A stretch of 63,934 nt of DNA, filler included, from Octopus bimaculoides (taxonomy: Eukaryota), in the NCBI RefSeq assembly GCF_001194135.2. It is 5 parts of 4 records of this genome, joined end to end, with 100 filler letters (N's around TTAATTAATTAA, not from the genome) between each part and the next. Parts side by side here need not be neighbours in the genome. Positions count along the whole stretch, not along the records: positions 1 to 26,661 come from NC_068986.1; positions 26,762 to 31,433 come from NC_068989.1; positions 31,534 to 59,612 come from NC_068982.1; 2 more parts are not named here. One strand, given 5' to 3'. Positions within the stretch are counted from its first letter, which is position 1; each line of letters begins with the position of its first letter. Below the pieces are notes generated by a model. It did not search any database, was not told where the DNA came from, and saw nothing but the letters and a program-made list of their open reading frames with translations. Of this stretch, positions 22,609 to 34,799 are shown in pieces. A program made the translations under genes and the position numbers.

Positions 22609-23147
22609 ATATATATATATATATATATATANNNNNNNNNNNNNNNNNNNNNNNNNNNNNNNNNNNNNNNNNNNNNNNNNNNNNNNNNNNNNNNNNNNNN
22701 NNNNNNNNNNNNNNNNNNNNNNNNNNNNNNNNNNNNNNNNNNNNNNNNNNNNNNNNNNNNNNNNNNNNNNNNNNNNNNNNNNNNNNNNNNNNNNNNNNNN
22801 NNNNNNNNNNNNNNNNNNNNNNNNNNNNNNNNNNNNNNNNNNNNNNNNNNNNNNNNNNNNNNNNNNNNNNNNNNNNNNNNNNNNNNNNNAAGTTATTGTT
22901 TTAAGATTCGTTATTCTTATTGAGAAGAAAAGTCAAAAGTAACCACCACATAGAATTACCAAACATCTCCACCACTCAACACCGTCCAAGTTAATCCTCT
23001 TCCCCTTTACAGCTGACATGAAAAGCTACGCAAAAAACGAGAAAGAAATTGATTGCTATTAAAAATCGTAAAATTTTGGGGTTAAAAATCTTAATCTTTA
23101 GTTACAGTTTCTCATTCAAACTACATAATAAGCAGAATTGTCAGATT

Positions 23148-23222
23148 AAGACGGTAGGGTGTTTTGAGGGAGATGTGGCTGCTATTTCTACCAGGTCTAG
23201 CTACATGTAGAGGTCTCCCTCA
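23148..23222 (+). repeat. Short dispersed repeat, family E (probable retroelement 3' tail)
   Basis: AAGACGGTAGGGTGTTTTGAGGGAGATGTGGCTGCTATTTCTA...GTAGAGGTCTCCCTC; related pieces near 27255, 42109, 50290, 53060, 55590, 55920, 56880, 57230 (rc) and 63415 (rc). Confidence 0.7.
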
Positions 23223-25004
23223 TTGGCTCATACATACATATATACATAAATCCAAATAAAATACTTAAAGTCACAGTCGTCAAATACAAAATCCAAGGTC
23301 CATGCAGTGTCATGGGCTAAAAAACTTTTCAACTTCTTGCCTAATGCAAGCCCAGAGCAATCTCTTATATCTTACACCATTTCAGTATTACTTCTCTGTT
23401 GTAATGTGAGATAATATTTTCAGCTTGAAAGAAGTCTGTCCTATATATATATNNNNNNNNNNNNNNNNNNNNNNNNNNNNNNNNNNNNNNNNNNNNNNNN
23501 NNNNNNNNNNNNNNNNNNNNNNNNNNNNNNNNNNNNNNNNNNNNNNNNNNNNNNNNNNNNNNNNNNNNNNNNNNNNNNNNNNNNNNNNNNNNNNNNNNNN
23601 NNNNNNNNNNNNNNNNNNNNNNNNNNNNNNNNNNNNNNNNNNNNNNNNNNNNNNNNNNNNNNNNNNNNNNNNNNNNNNNNNNNNNNNNNNNNNNNNNNNN
23701 NNNNNNNNNNNNNNNNNNNNNNNNNNNNNNNNNNNNNNNNNNNNNNNNNNNNNNNNNNNNNNNNNNNNNNNNNNNNNNNNNNNNNNNNNNNNNNNNNNNN
23801 NNNNNNNNNNNNNNNNNNNNNNNNNNNNNNNNNNNNNNNNNNNNNNNNNNNNNNNNNNNNNNNNNNNNNNNNNNNNNNNNNNNNNNNNNNNNNNNNNNNN
23901 NNNNNNNNNNNNNNNNNNNNNNNNNNNNNNNNNNNNNNNNNNNNNNNNNNNNNNNNNNNNNNNNNNNNNNNNNNNNNNNNNNNNNNNNNNNNNNNNNNNN
24001 NNNNNNNNNNNNNNNNNNNNNNNNNNNNNNNNNNNNNNNNNNNNNNNNNNNNNNNNNNNNNNNNNNNNNNNNNNNNNNNNNNNNNNNNNNNNNNNNNNNN
24101 NNNNNNNNNNNNNNNNNNNNNNNNNNNNNNNNNNNNNNNNNNNNNNNNNNNNNNNNNNNNNNNNNNNNNNNNNNNNNNNNNNNNNNNNNNNNNNNNNNNN
24201 NNNNNNNNNNNNNNNNNNNNNNNNNNNNNNNNNNNNNNNNNNNNNNNNNNNNNNNNNNNNNNNNNNNNNNNNNNNNNNNNNNNNNNNNNNNNNNNNNNNN
24301 NNNNNNNNNNNNNNNNNNNNNNNNNNNNNNNNATATATATAAATAGATACATACATACATACATACATACATACATACATACATACATACATACATGTGT
24401 ATATCTACATATAATCAAATTGTGCTAATTTCAAATCTGCTTAAGTATCACTTTTTAATAGGAAGATACATTAATAATTTAGATATATAGATGAAAAAGT
24501 ATTTGAAAGAATTGCGAGATATCATGAAATCAAACATGATTCGTATACGTGTAATTCTAAATACGACATTAATTTTAGTGCATTGAGTGACAATACGTTA
24601 TTACAGCAATTAAATTAGAAAATGGGACAGTGAAGGGGTGATAAAGGCAGAGGAGTGAAATTCTGAACATGATTGTTCGAAACAAAATATTAAAAAAAAC
24701 ATTTGATAATTCTGCAATAAAAACAGATCACTTATTCAGCTTAGTTATCATTTTTAATATAACAGAATTCAGGAAAATCAATTACCTATCAACGTATATA
24801 TATATATGTGTGTGTATGTGTATGTTTGTGTGTGTGTCATTATTCAGTTTATTTCAAGTTTTCTTGCCAATAGTGAATGACCCGGTTTCTAACCTAGATC
24901 CAAGGTTCTCTCATTGGAATTTCAACATCAACAACAGATTATTTTTGTTTGTTTGTATGTGTTCATGTATGTATGCATGTATGTATGTATGCATATATGT
25001 ATGC

Positions 25005-25037
<33 letters not shown>

Positions 25038-25109
25038 TGTATGTGCAGATTTGTACGTTTTATGTATGTATTCTCATGCATATATTTGTATATCTAGACA
25101 TTCTCATAT

Positions 25110-26150
25110 ATATGTAAATGATAAACTTCTGAAAAGTTTTACAGATTTTTACAGTTCCACTGATGAATTGGAATAAGCATTTTATATTCTGGTTTTGAGA
25201 AGCTTAATTTCTAAGATTGGTATTTAGGCAGTGTGTTACATATCTCAGAGCCCACAAAATTACAGGTATAAACCTGAACTTGTAATCTGGATAGAGTAAC
25301 TGCAGATTTCTCAATATTTCAGCATAGGTGTTCTCTTTTTCTCTGATCTTCAGCTTTACGTTAACATCCGCTGGGCAGCTAATTTCTACAACTGTGCATA
25401 GTTTCAAATCATTATATCAGTTCTGTTGTGCTTTCATTTTAATGAGGTCTTCACTGATACATTCCAACAGAATTCTTTGTTATTATGAGTAGCTATGGCT
25501 TCTACCATACTGTGGGTTCTTATTTCTTTGTTCTTGGGATTATCCTTCCGACGGATCTCATTACAGAGTGTCTTAGCTACAACGTCATGTCACATCGGTA
25601 GATAATACCGTGATGACATTTCCGGACAACTGCTTATGATGTGGATGAGATCTGTGAACACCACAAAAGCTGCATCGGTTGTCACACTTTACAGCTTTTT
25701 CCCGCCTCTCTATCCCTTTTGTGCATCAGGTACTTGGTTGATATTTCCTGTTCTCGGAGTGAAAAACGCATACCCTTCAAAGTGTAGGAGGTAGTAATCC
25801 GCCTATACGTCCGTGATAAACTGCTTTGATGATCGATGTCACTATTATGACGGAGCTTTCTACCAAGATATCCATGCATAGTCTTTTGCTCATATAAGCC
25901 CCTCCTCTCATCTGATGATATGTTGCTGTAGAGTCATGCGACTTCTTTGGGCATGTATTCTAGGTTATCACACAAAGTATGTTGCACAAGGAGCTGCAAT
26001 CCAAGTCTTATGATGTTATCAGCTTCATGTATGCAAATTTGATCAAGGGATGCACTTCATGGTAAAAGATGTTGCTGAAGGGATATGATACGACATTCAA
26101 TTGCATTTTTGATTGATGTTAAGCCCCTTTGATTACGTTTTAGGTAGAGG
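25110..26150 (-). mobile_element. 3' portion of a Dong/R4-like non-LTR retrotransposon (CCHC knuckle plus restriction-like endonuclease), frameshifted
   Basis: In order: RGLTSIKNAIECRI, MHGYL, REQEISTKYL, CDNRCSFC...HIISSC (CCHC), HDVVAK, HNRTD, VEISCPAD...EKENTY, FIPVI, ISGTVKICKTF. Ends in a TA/ATAC microsatellite. Confidence 0.85.
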
Positions 26151-26273
26151 CGGTCTACATCACTTTTATGTGAAAATTGTGTGCTTGTTAGTATGTACGT
26201 ACGTACGTACGTACGTATGTATGTATGTATGTATGTATGTATGTATGTATGTATGTCTCTCTTGTTTACTCTT

Positions 26274-26581
26274 GTGGAGCGATAAAGTCGTAGTGTATTG
26301 TCAACTTAATGTGGCAATCCCAAGAAGGGAACACACTACTGCCGTGTAGCCCTAAGGAAGCTGGACCGCTTCCTGTCGGCCTTGACACAATTACTGTGTC
26401 CTTAAGTTTGCGAGGGGGAGACAAGCTCCTCCACCCAGCCTAGCCAGCATTCAGGGACACAGTAATTGTGTCAAGGTCGACAAGAAGCGGTCCAGCTTCC
26501 TAGGGCTAAACGGCAGTAGTGTGTTCCCTTCTTGGGATTGTCACATTAAGTTGACAATACACTACAACTTTATCGCTCCAC
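26274..26581. mobile_element. 308-bp fold-back element (MITE-like)
   Basis: Arms 26274-26401 and 26455-26581 are reverse complements with a few substitutions and one indel; 53-bp GC-rich spacer. Confidence 0.9.
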
Positions 26582-26661
26582 TACTGCTTAAATCTCTCTG
26601 AGAGATTTAGAAATATTATATTTCTAATTTTGCTGATCAGTGAATAAACTTCACTATGATT

Positions 26662-26761
26662 NNNNNNNNNNNNNNNNNNNNNNNNNNNNNNNNNNNNNNN
26701 NNNNNTTAATTAATTAANNNNNNNNNNNNNNNNNNNNNNNNNNNNNNNNNNNNNNNNNNNN
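26662..26761. other. Artificial scaffold linker N44-TTAATTAATTAA-N44
   Basis: Exactly 100 bp; the 12-mer (26706-26717) has stops in all six frames; four identical instances in the window. Confidence 0.95.
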
Positions 26762-26804
26762 CCATCTTCGTTGAGCCCTGTGTGGCTAATAAAAGAAATG
26801 TATC

Positions 26805-27130
26805 TATCTATCCATCTATCTAACTATCTATCTATCTATCTATTTATCTATCTGTCTGTCTGTCTGTCTGTCTGTCCTTCTGTCTGTCTGCCTGCCTGCT
26901 GCCTGTCAGCCTGTCTGCCTACCTGCCTACCTGCCTACCTGCCTGCCTGCCTGCTTGCCTGTCTGTCTGTCTGTCTGTCTGTATGTCTGTCTGTCTCTGT
27001 GCGTACGCGAGTCTGGCTATCTACTTGTCGATCTATCTGTTTGTCTGTCTATCAATGCATCTACGTATCTATCTGTCAGTCTGTCTGTCAGCCTTCCTAT
27101 CTATCTATCTGTCTGTCCGTCTCTCTGTCT
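26805..27130. repeat. Compound tetranucleotide tract (ATCT/GTCT/GCCT)n
   Basis: Read directly. Confidence 0.92.
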
Positions 27131-27354
27131 ATAATGACTGATAATCTGGATTTTTTTTAACGCCCTGCCGAATTTTGTAAGGTATAAGGTATCTAAGAAT
27201 ACATTATCCAATGTGTCTTTGCTATTTTAAACTAACAAGGATGCAATTTTAGAGGGATTCGACTGCTATTTCTAACAGCTCAATCAACACAGTGGATTCG
27301 TCACTGGTTCATTGAATGTACGTGTAAAATTTGTGTATATGAAAGCGTGTAAGA

Positions 27355-27790
27355 GTGATTATATGCATGTTTGTTCACCGCTGTGTGAGTTATGTGTATG
27401 TCGGCATCTGTATATCTGTATATCTGTATGTGTGTGTGTGTATGTGTTTATGTGCTTGTGTATGTGTGTGTTTGTGTGTGTCTTTATATATGTCTGCGTT
27501 TGTATGTATGAGTAAAGGCCATGTGTACGATTCTTCATGTATGTGTGTTAATTTGGACATGTGCGTATGTATTTGTATGCGTATATATGCGTGTGTGTAC
27601 GTATATATGTGTATGAGCATGTGTTTGTCAACATGAGTGTATGCGTGTGTATGTATGTATGCATGTATGTATGTATGTGCTTGTGTGCAGAGACGCATAC
27701 TTGTGTATATGTATGCATATATGCCTTTGTGTTTGTGTGTGTATGCGTATGTGTGTATGTGTGTGTGTATGCGTGTGTGTGCGTGTCTAG
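27355..27790. repeat. Degenerate (GT/AT)n low-complexity tract
   Basis: Read directly. Confidence 0.9.
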
Positions 27791-28269
27791 TGATAGCTTG
27801 TGGTTGTTGTGGATTCAGTGAGGCGAAGTTAACATTAAAGCACCATTAGTCAGTAAATACTGAATACTAATCAACGAAAAGTCATAATTAGTGACTGATG
27901 AAGCGTGTAAGTGAGAGATAGAAAGGGTGATAGAATGATGAAGGAAGGCGGAGAGAAAAAGGGTGAGCAAGGGAATAGATGAGCTAAAGAGAAAGAGAAA
28001 GAGAGAGAGTGAGAATGAGAGATAAAGAAATACAATAGAGAGCTTTGTACGGGGGTGGGGTGGGTTTTGGTGGTGGAGGAGGCTTAATTTCTGAAACTAC
28101 AAGCAGATAATTAACACTGACAGAGTTGATAAGATGCTTTCTGACGGGATTAGACGAAGAGGATGGTGGTGGTTGTGGTAGGGGTGTGGAGTANNNNNNN
28201 NNNNNNNNNNNNNNNNNNNNNNNNNNNNNNNNNNNNNNNNNNNNNNNNNNNNNNNNNNNNNCGAAGGGG

Positions 28270-28485
28270 AATGGAATGATAATAATAATAATAATGATAA
28301 TGATAATAATGATAATGATAATCACAACAACAATTATATGAATATGGTAATGAACAAAAACATAATGATCAGAATGATGTCGACGACAATGATGACGACG
28401 ATGACGATGGACGACGAGGACGGTGATGATGAGGTGATGGTGGTGTTGGTGTTGATGATGATGATGATGATGATGATGACAAAGA
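28270..28485. repeat. Trinucleotide low-complexity tract (AAT/GAT/GAC/GGT)n
   Basis: Read directly. Confidence 0.9.
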
Positions 28486-29359
28486 TGAATACCATGACAA
28501 TTATGATTTAACTCCCGTGCTGCTTTGCACTGATTGTCAGGCTTACTGTCTTCAGTCAATATTATAACATTCCCCTACGACACACACGCACACACGTACA
28601 CACGCACGCCCCCCACACACATATACACACGGATATACACATATATATATATATATATATATATACGCTCTCAGACATACATACACATACGTACAACTCC
28701 ATGCACATAAACGTATTCGCATATACAGCTACATACAATCTTTTGCAGATATCAACAATTTGCAGACACTGATTTCTATTAAGTTTGGCAATATTATCAA
28801 AGATTTTTCTCTTATCAATAATGAATTTAAGAAAATTCTAGCACTAAGAGAATTTGGTCTCAAGAGAATCTGGTCCTTAAGAGATGGTCGTTGCTAAGAG
28901 ATTTTGCTTTCTTAAGGTTGGTCTGCGAAAATTTGCTTTAAGTTTCCAAGAACGTCTTTTCTGAGGTTACCGCCTTGTTTTCAATCATTAATGCACTTTA
29001 GGGTGAGAACTCTAATCCATTGGGTCCAAAAGGCCCCCACTGAAGACTTTATCATTATGACTTTGTTACTGTCGATCTTGTTGTTTATAAAGTTTATTCG
29101 TCATTTAGTAGGCAATATATTTAACAGTTTTTTCAACAATGACTACTGCATTTTCTTTTTGTTTTATTTATCACGGGCTACGTTGTCCAATGTCTCTTCA
29201 TTTGTTTGTGGGAGTTGATGGGCATTCGATAGTTATATCTGGTATATCCAGATACCACGTAAAAGCTTTCCCGTTAGTTTTTCCTTACGGAAACACTATA
29301 GCCACTGTTAAGGACATGAAATTAACATCCACTGAGAAGCGAGCAAACCACGGCAACAG

Positions 29360-29545
29360 GTTTAAAATTTTCGGGAAGGGGGCCAGCCGATTATATCGAT
29401 CCCAGCACTTGACTGGTACTTATTTTATAGGTTCTGAAAGGATGAAAGGAAAATTCGGCCACGAAGACAGAAAATGCACGAAGACAGAAAATGCAGCTAA
29501 GCATTTTGTCGGGCGTGCTAACGATTCTCCCGGCTCGCTACCTTA
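29360..29545 (-). mobile_element. Degenerate SINE family C
   Basis: ACTGGTACTTATTTTAT...GAAAGGATGAAAGG...GCTAACGATTCTCCCGGCTCGCTACC. Confidence 0.82.
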
Positions 29546-30700
29546 GATGACAAAACTAATAATGCCTGAAGTTACTACCCCTAACAAGAATATTTAGACC
29601 GCTTTGGTTTACGTATTCATCTGTAATTAAAGTACGAACAGTTGGAAGAAGAGACATTCGGGGTTCTCGGTCGTTGTCTCTTGCTTAAAGACATCCAGAC
29701 GGCACACCAATGCCTGTTGATTACATTCACTCCAGTACTTCAATAATGTCAACACCGCAATGACACAACGCAATTCATTTTTATTTGTGGCTTGTATATG
29801 CTTACGGTGTGTTTGCTTTAACGTTGCCCTCAGTTATAAGTATTGATTCATTATATATCATCAATTTTGTGGCAACCTTGTGTAATGTGATGAAATACAT
29901 TGTCATTTCTCCTTGATGTAAATGCTTATTGACCTCGATGAGTTTTGAACTCACAACGTAAAAACCCGTAACTTAATTATTCTACCAAAATTGCAAGACG
30001 AATGAATAACGGAAGAGAAACGGTTTAAAGTGGAAGAGAATTTATTGCAGGCACAGTATTCCGGTAGCTTCTTAATATATTTTCACCTATGCTTTTTGAA
30101 TAACGGAAAGTTGAATGTTGATACATATGAATTAACAATTGTTTTTAATTGGTCAAAAGTTGGCCGCATGAACTTCGCAGTTCCTTCTTGACTTGCGGAA
30201 CTAATATGGCTGATGCCCAACTTGAACATCATTTCTAAGATAGTCACCTGCAAGTAAAAGCTGTGCAATAGTAAGAATTGGGATAATTATGATGTGTAAT
30301 CCGTATGTCTAAAATAGGCTCAAATACTCCATATTTCACATAATTACAAATTCAACAGGCTGATATAGCTTTTGTATGTGGAGCATCATTTTGAAAGCAA
30401 AACTTTTTGAACATTTTGATTTCTAGCAAACTCTTTTAAATATTTATCACTTTTTTTAAAAAGCCATCTTCATAGCTTATTTTATCGCTGATTTTATCAG
30501 TTTAGTTATGTCGCTTAATTAGCTACTGGTCATCCTAATCTATAACGTATTGCCAAATTTTCTCGGACGTGCTATATCATTAACTTTTCAACTCTATTTA
30601 CTGATATATTTCTATCTTAGTCATCAACATTTTTTTCATTGAAGTTCGAGATTGCTTGATACGGAAACCCTTTCGTACAATTCTAGAACTCTCGGATCAT

Positions 30701-30767
<67 letters not shown>

Positions 30768-31392
30768 CTCACTCACTCACTATCACTAACACACGCACTG
30801 ACACACACTTGCATACGCATACATATACATTTAAAGATATGTAAATAAGTGTGTGTGTTTCACTACAAACAAAACACGAAGCGCATTGTAACAAACCATA
30901 ACAAACATAATATGTTGCAAAAATAAATAACAATGTCTTAGAAACAAGGAGTGCAAGAAGGACGCTTATAGCAATGGTTAATTTTGGTGGGGCATGAAAG
31001 TGCTGTGCACGTAAGTCGGAAAAGCTTCATTTTCTAATCAAACGTGTGTAGAAACAGTCTTGAACTGATCTGAAGCATTATTTACCATTATTGGATTAAT
31101 CTGAATTGATTAATATACAAATATAAAAATAATTATTACTATTGTACCCGTTTTGGTTTTCATATTAGGATTGAAAAAGTTGACATTTTTTGTAAAAAAA
31201 ATTTAGATGTGCCCGTATGTAAATATGGTTGGATCACGAATATAATATATATAACATTCAACATTTACTGGATGATAATGATGCGCAGAATCAATTGTAA
31301 TGATGTGTAATAAAACCTGTTCGTTCCATCTATTCATATTTAAATATTTCAAGACTATCAAATATATAAATGTCTGCATATATATATATATC

Positions 31393-31433
<41 letters not shown>

Positions 31434-31533
31434 NNNNNNNNNNNNNNNNNNNNNNNNNNNNNNNNNNNNNNNNNNNNTTAATTAATTAANNNNNNNNNNN
31501 NNNNNNNNNNNNNNNNNNNNNNNNNNNNNNNNN
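31434..31533. other. Artificial scaffold linker N44-TTAATTAATTAA-N44
   Basis: 12-mer at 31478-31489. Confidence 0.95.
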
Positions 31534-31659
31534 ATATTATTCATGCAAACATTATACAAATTTGGAAAACAAGACAATAAACATTTTCAAAGGTATAAAC
31601 GAAATATTAATTTCAAAACGATACAAAAATATGTACACCCTAAAAGATTATTTGCTATA

Positions 31660-32531
31660 TCCAATATTTGGTGTGGCCACCTTTGCTTTCAATGACTGCA
31701 TTAAATCTCCTGGATATAGAGTTGACTAAATTTTTGCATATCACCTGTGAAATCGAACTCCATTCATCTTGAACGGTGTCTTTCAACTGGTTTTACTCCT
31801 CAACCTTCCTTTTCAAAACACCCCACAGATGTTCTATTGGGTTTAAATCAGGTAACATGGTAGGCCAAGGCAATACTTTTACCTTTTTATCTCATGAAAT
31901 CTTAGTCATGAACTTTGAAGTGTGTTTAGAGTCATTATCGTGTTGGAACGTGGAATGTCTTCCTAGTCACTTGAGGCTCGAATCCCTTGTTCTCTCAGTA
32001 AATATAAGTCCTCCCACACCAGCCGCATTCATACATCCCCAAAGCATAACACTTCCGCCACCGTGTTTCACGGTAGGCAGGGTGCATTTGTCGCTATTAT
32101 CTTCACCTGGTCATCGCCATACTTGTTTAATACCATCTGACCCAAACAAGTTGATTTTAGTCTCGTCAAAAAAACAAAAAAAAAAAGAATTTTATTCCAA
32201 AACTCCTTCCTCTTACTCACATGGCTTTCGGCAAAAGAAAGACGACTTGATTTATGCATAGTGCTGAGGAGAGGTTTCCTACGAGGAATGCGTCCATGAA
32301 GACCACACTGGTTTAAACTTCGGCGGACTGTTTGGGTGGATACACTCTTTCTGCTAACAGAGGACACTTTTGGACCAGAGATGAAGCAGTACGACGCCTG
32401 TCGTCCATCACGTAACGTTGGATGTGGCGAATATCACGCACAGTTAAAATAGGACAATGTTTATTGCTTAGCTGTGCTGTGGCATTGTATTTCTGAATTA
32501 CTTTGGCAACTGTGTTTACACTAATATGCAT
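31660..32531 (-). pseudogene. Tc1 transposase pseudogene with an internal deletion
   Basis: VSTQTVRRSL, RKPLLS, DETKINLFGSDG, TVKHGGGSVMLWGC, TFQHDNDSKH, PDLNPIEHLW, C-terminal SKGGHTKY, spread over several frames. Confidence 0.9.
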
Positions 32532-32785
32532 TCGTTTGCTAATTAACTTGTATCCTTAATCATTCTTGTGCAAATTAAAAATAAATTTCTTCAAATCTTC
32601 AGATAATTCTTTTCCTTTTGAAAAATGTTCAACACGGTATACAAATCAGAATTCCTGCAGGCATAATAACAATGACCGGTGCAAAAATGCCAGGAGAAAT
32701 AATTTTTTTGAATTGAAATTATCAGCAATATCTGAATTTAGTAAAAAAAAAGTGGATAAAATATTGAATATAGTAAATTTCCTTT

Positions 32786-33079
32786 GTGGAGGCGCATGGC
32801 CAAGTGGTTAGGACAGCAGACTCACGGTCGCGGGTTCAAATATCAGACAGAGCGATGTGTGTGTTTATGATTCAAACACCTAAGTTCCACGCGGCTCCGA
32901 CAGAAGATAATGGCGAATTTCTGCTGACTGTTTCGCTACAACTTTTTCTCACTTTTTTCCTCCTGCATCTAGGAGCTCAGCCACGACGGACTGGTGTTCC
33001 ATCCAGGTGCGGAACTTATGAACCAATGAAACCGGGAAACTAGCCTTTATAAGCCAGGCATGGCTTGAGAAGCAACCAA
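32786..33079 (+). mobile_element. tRNA-derived SINE (A-like head, different tail) with a perfect 12-bp TSD, nested in Tc1
   Basis: A box TGGCCAAGTGG, B box GGTTCAAAT; TSD TAAATTTCCTTT at 32774-32785 and 33080-33091. Confidence 0.9.
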
Positions 33080-33309
33080 TAAATTTCCTTTAAGGTGTAC
33101 ATCTTTTTGTAACGCTTGAAAATTAATATTTCGTTCATATTTAAAAAAAATTTTATTGTTTAGTGTTCCAAATGAGTATAATGTTTGCATGTATAATATA
33201 TTTTATTCAGTATAAATTTCGTTTGATTTCCTTCGATATTATGAGAGTAATAGCAATTTTACTGAAATTTTTTAGGGTTGTACATACTTCTGTGAGATAT
33301 TGTACATAC

Positions 33310-34458
33310 TTTTATTCTTTTACTTGTATCAGTCATCTGACAGCAGTCATGCTAGATAGAGCACCGCCTTGAAAGGTTTTTGGCGAATAATTTGACCCCT
33401 GGACTTATCTCTTTAAAGCCTAGTATTTATTCTATCGGTCATATTTGCTGAACCACTAAATTGCGGGGATATAAACACACCAACACTGGTTGTCAAGCGG
33501 TGATGGTGGGGACAAGCACAGATACAAAGACACACACACACACACACANNNNNNNNNNNNNNNNNNNNNNNNNNNNNNNNNNNNNNNNNNNNNNNNNNNN
33601 NNNNNNNNNNNNNNNNNNNNNNNNNNNNNNNNNNNNNNNNNNNNNNNNNNNNNNNNNNNNNNNNNNNNNNNNNNNNNNNNNNNNNNNNNNNNNNNNNNNN
33701 NNNNNNNNNNNNNNNNNNNNNNNNNNNNNNNNNNNNNNNNNNNNNNNNNNNNNNNNNNNNNNNNNNNNNNNNNNNNNNNNNNNNNNNNNNNNNNNNNNNN
33801 NNNNNNNNNNNNNNNNNNNNNNNNNNNNNNNNNNNNNNNNNNNNNNNNNNNNNNNNNNNNNNNNNNNNNNNNNNNNNNNNNNNNNNNNNNNNNNNNNNNN
33901 NNNNNNNNNNNNNNNNNNNNNNNNNNNNNNNNNNNNNNNNNNNNNNNNNNNNNNNNNNNNNNNNNNNNNNNNNNNNNNNNNNNNNNNNNNNNNNNNNNNN
34001 NNNNNNNNNNNNNNNNNNNNNNNNNNNNNNNNNNNNNNNNNNNNNNNNNNNNNNNNNNNNNNNNNNNNNNNNNNNNNNNNNNNNNNNNNNNNNNNNNNNN
34101 NNNNNNNNNNNNNNNNNNNNNNNNNNNNNNNNNNNNNNNNNNNNNNNNNNNNNNNNNNNNNNNNNNNNNNNNNNNNNNNNNNNNNNNNNNNNNNNNNNNN
34201 NATATATATATACATATATATATATATACATATATATACACATACATACATACATACATACATACATACATACATACATACATACATACATACATACACA
34301 TATACGACGGGTTTCTTTCAGTTTCCGTCTACCAAATCTACTCGAAAGGCTTTGGTCGGCCCAAACCTATAGTAGAAGACACTTGCCCAAGGTGCCACGC
34401 AGTGGGACTGAACCCGGAATCATATGGTTGGGAAGTAAGCTTCTTAGCACACAGCCAC
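33310..34458 (-). mobile_element. SINE family B with a gap in its central microsatellite
   Basis: Tail at 33310-33370, head at 34380-34458, N gap at 33549-34201. Confidence 0.88.
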
Positions 34459-34459
34459 A

Positions 34460-34760
34460 GGTGCAGGTATTGCCGTGCGGTAATTAAGTTGGCTTCCCAA
34501 CTATTTGGTTCCAGGTTCAGTCCCACTGCGTTGCACCTCCAGCATATATCCTCTACCATAGCACCTAGTCGACAAAAATATTTTGAGTGGATTTAATAGA
34601 CGGAAACTGAAAGAAGCCAGTCGTATATGTATGTGTGTCTCTTTGTGCTTGTGCTTGATCCACCACCACCGCTTTACAACCGGAGGTGGTTTGTTTCCGT
34701 TCCAGTCAATTAGCGCTTCGAAAAAAAAATGACCTATAGAAATAGTAGCAAGTTTAAAGG
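34460..34760 (+). mobile_element. Older SINE family B copy, head-to-head with the previous copy
   Basis: GGTTCAGTCCCACTGCG and GACGGAAACTGAAAGAAGCC on the + strand; 3' end replaced by mariner sequence. Confidence 0.8.
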
Positions 34761-34799
34761 AAACGTCTGGTGAGGTAATGACCTATGGAATTAGTACCA

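Larger units (their letters stand above)
31534..33302 (-). mobile_element. Second long-TIR (IR/DR) Tc1 transposon; left outer end lost at the linker; SINE nested inside
   Basis: 31534-31646 is the reverse complement of ~33087-33200. The right TIR continues to ...GTACATACTTCTGTGAGATATTG followed by TA (33303-04). Inner and outer GTACA-containing repeats are present. Confidence 0.88.

Noticed and set aside
26706-26717. PacI-like TTAATTAA motif as a regulatory site
   Set aside because: It lies inside N runs and is an assembly linker.
27984-28559. His-rich 191-aa ORF
   Set aside because: Reverse translation of GAT/GGT/AAT microsatellites spanning a gap.
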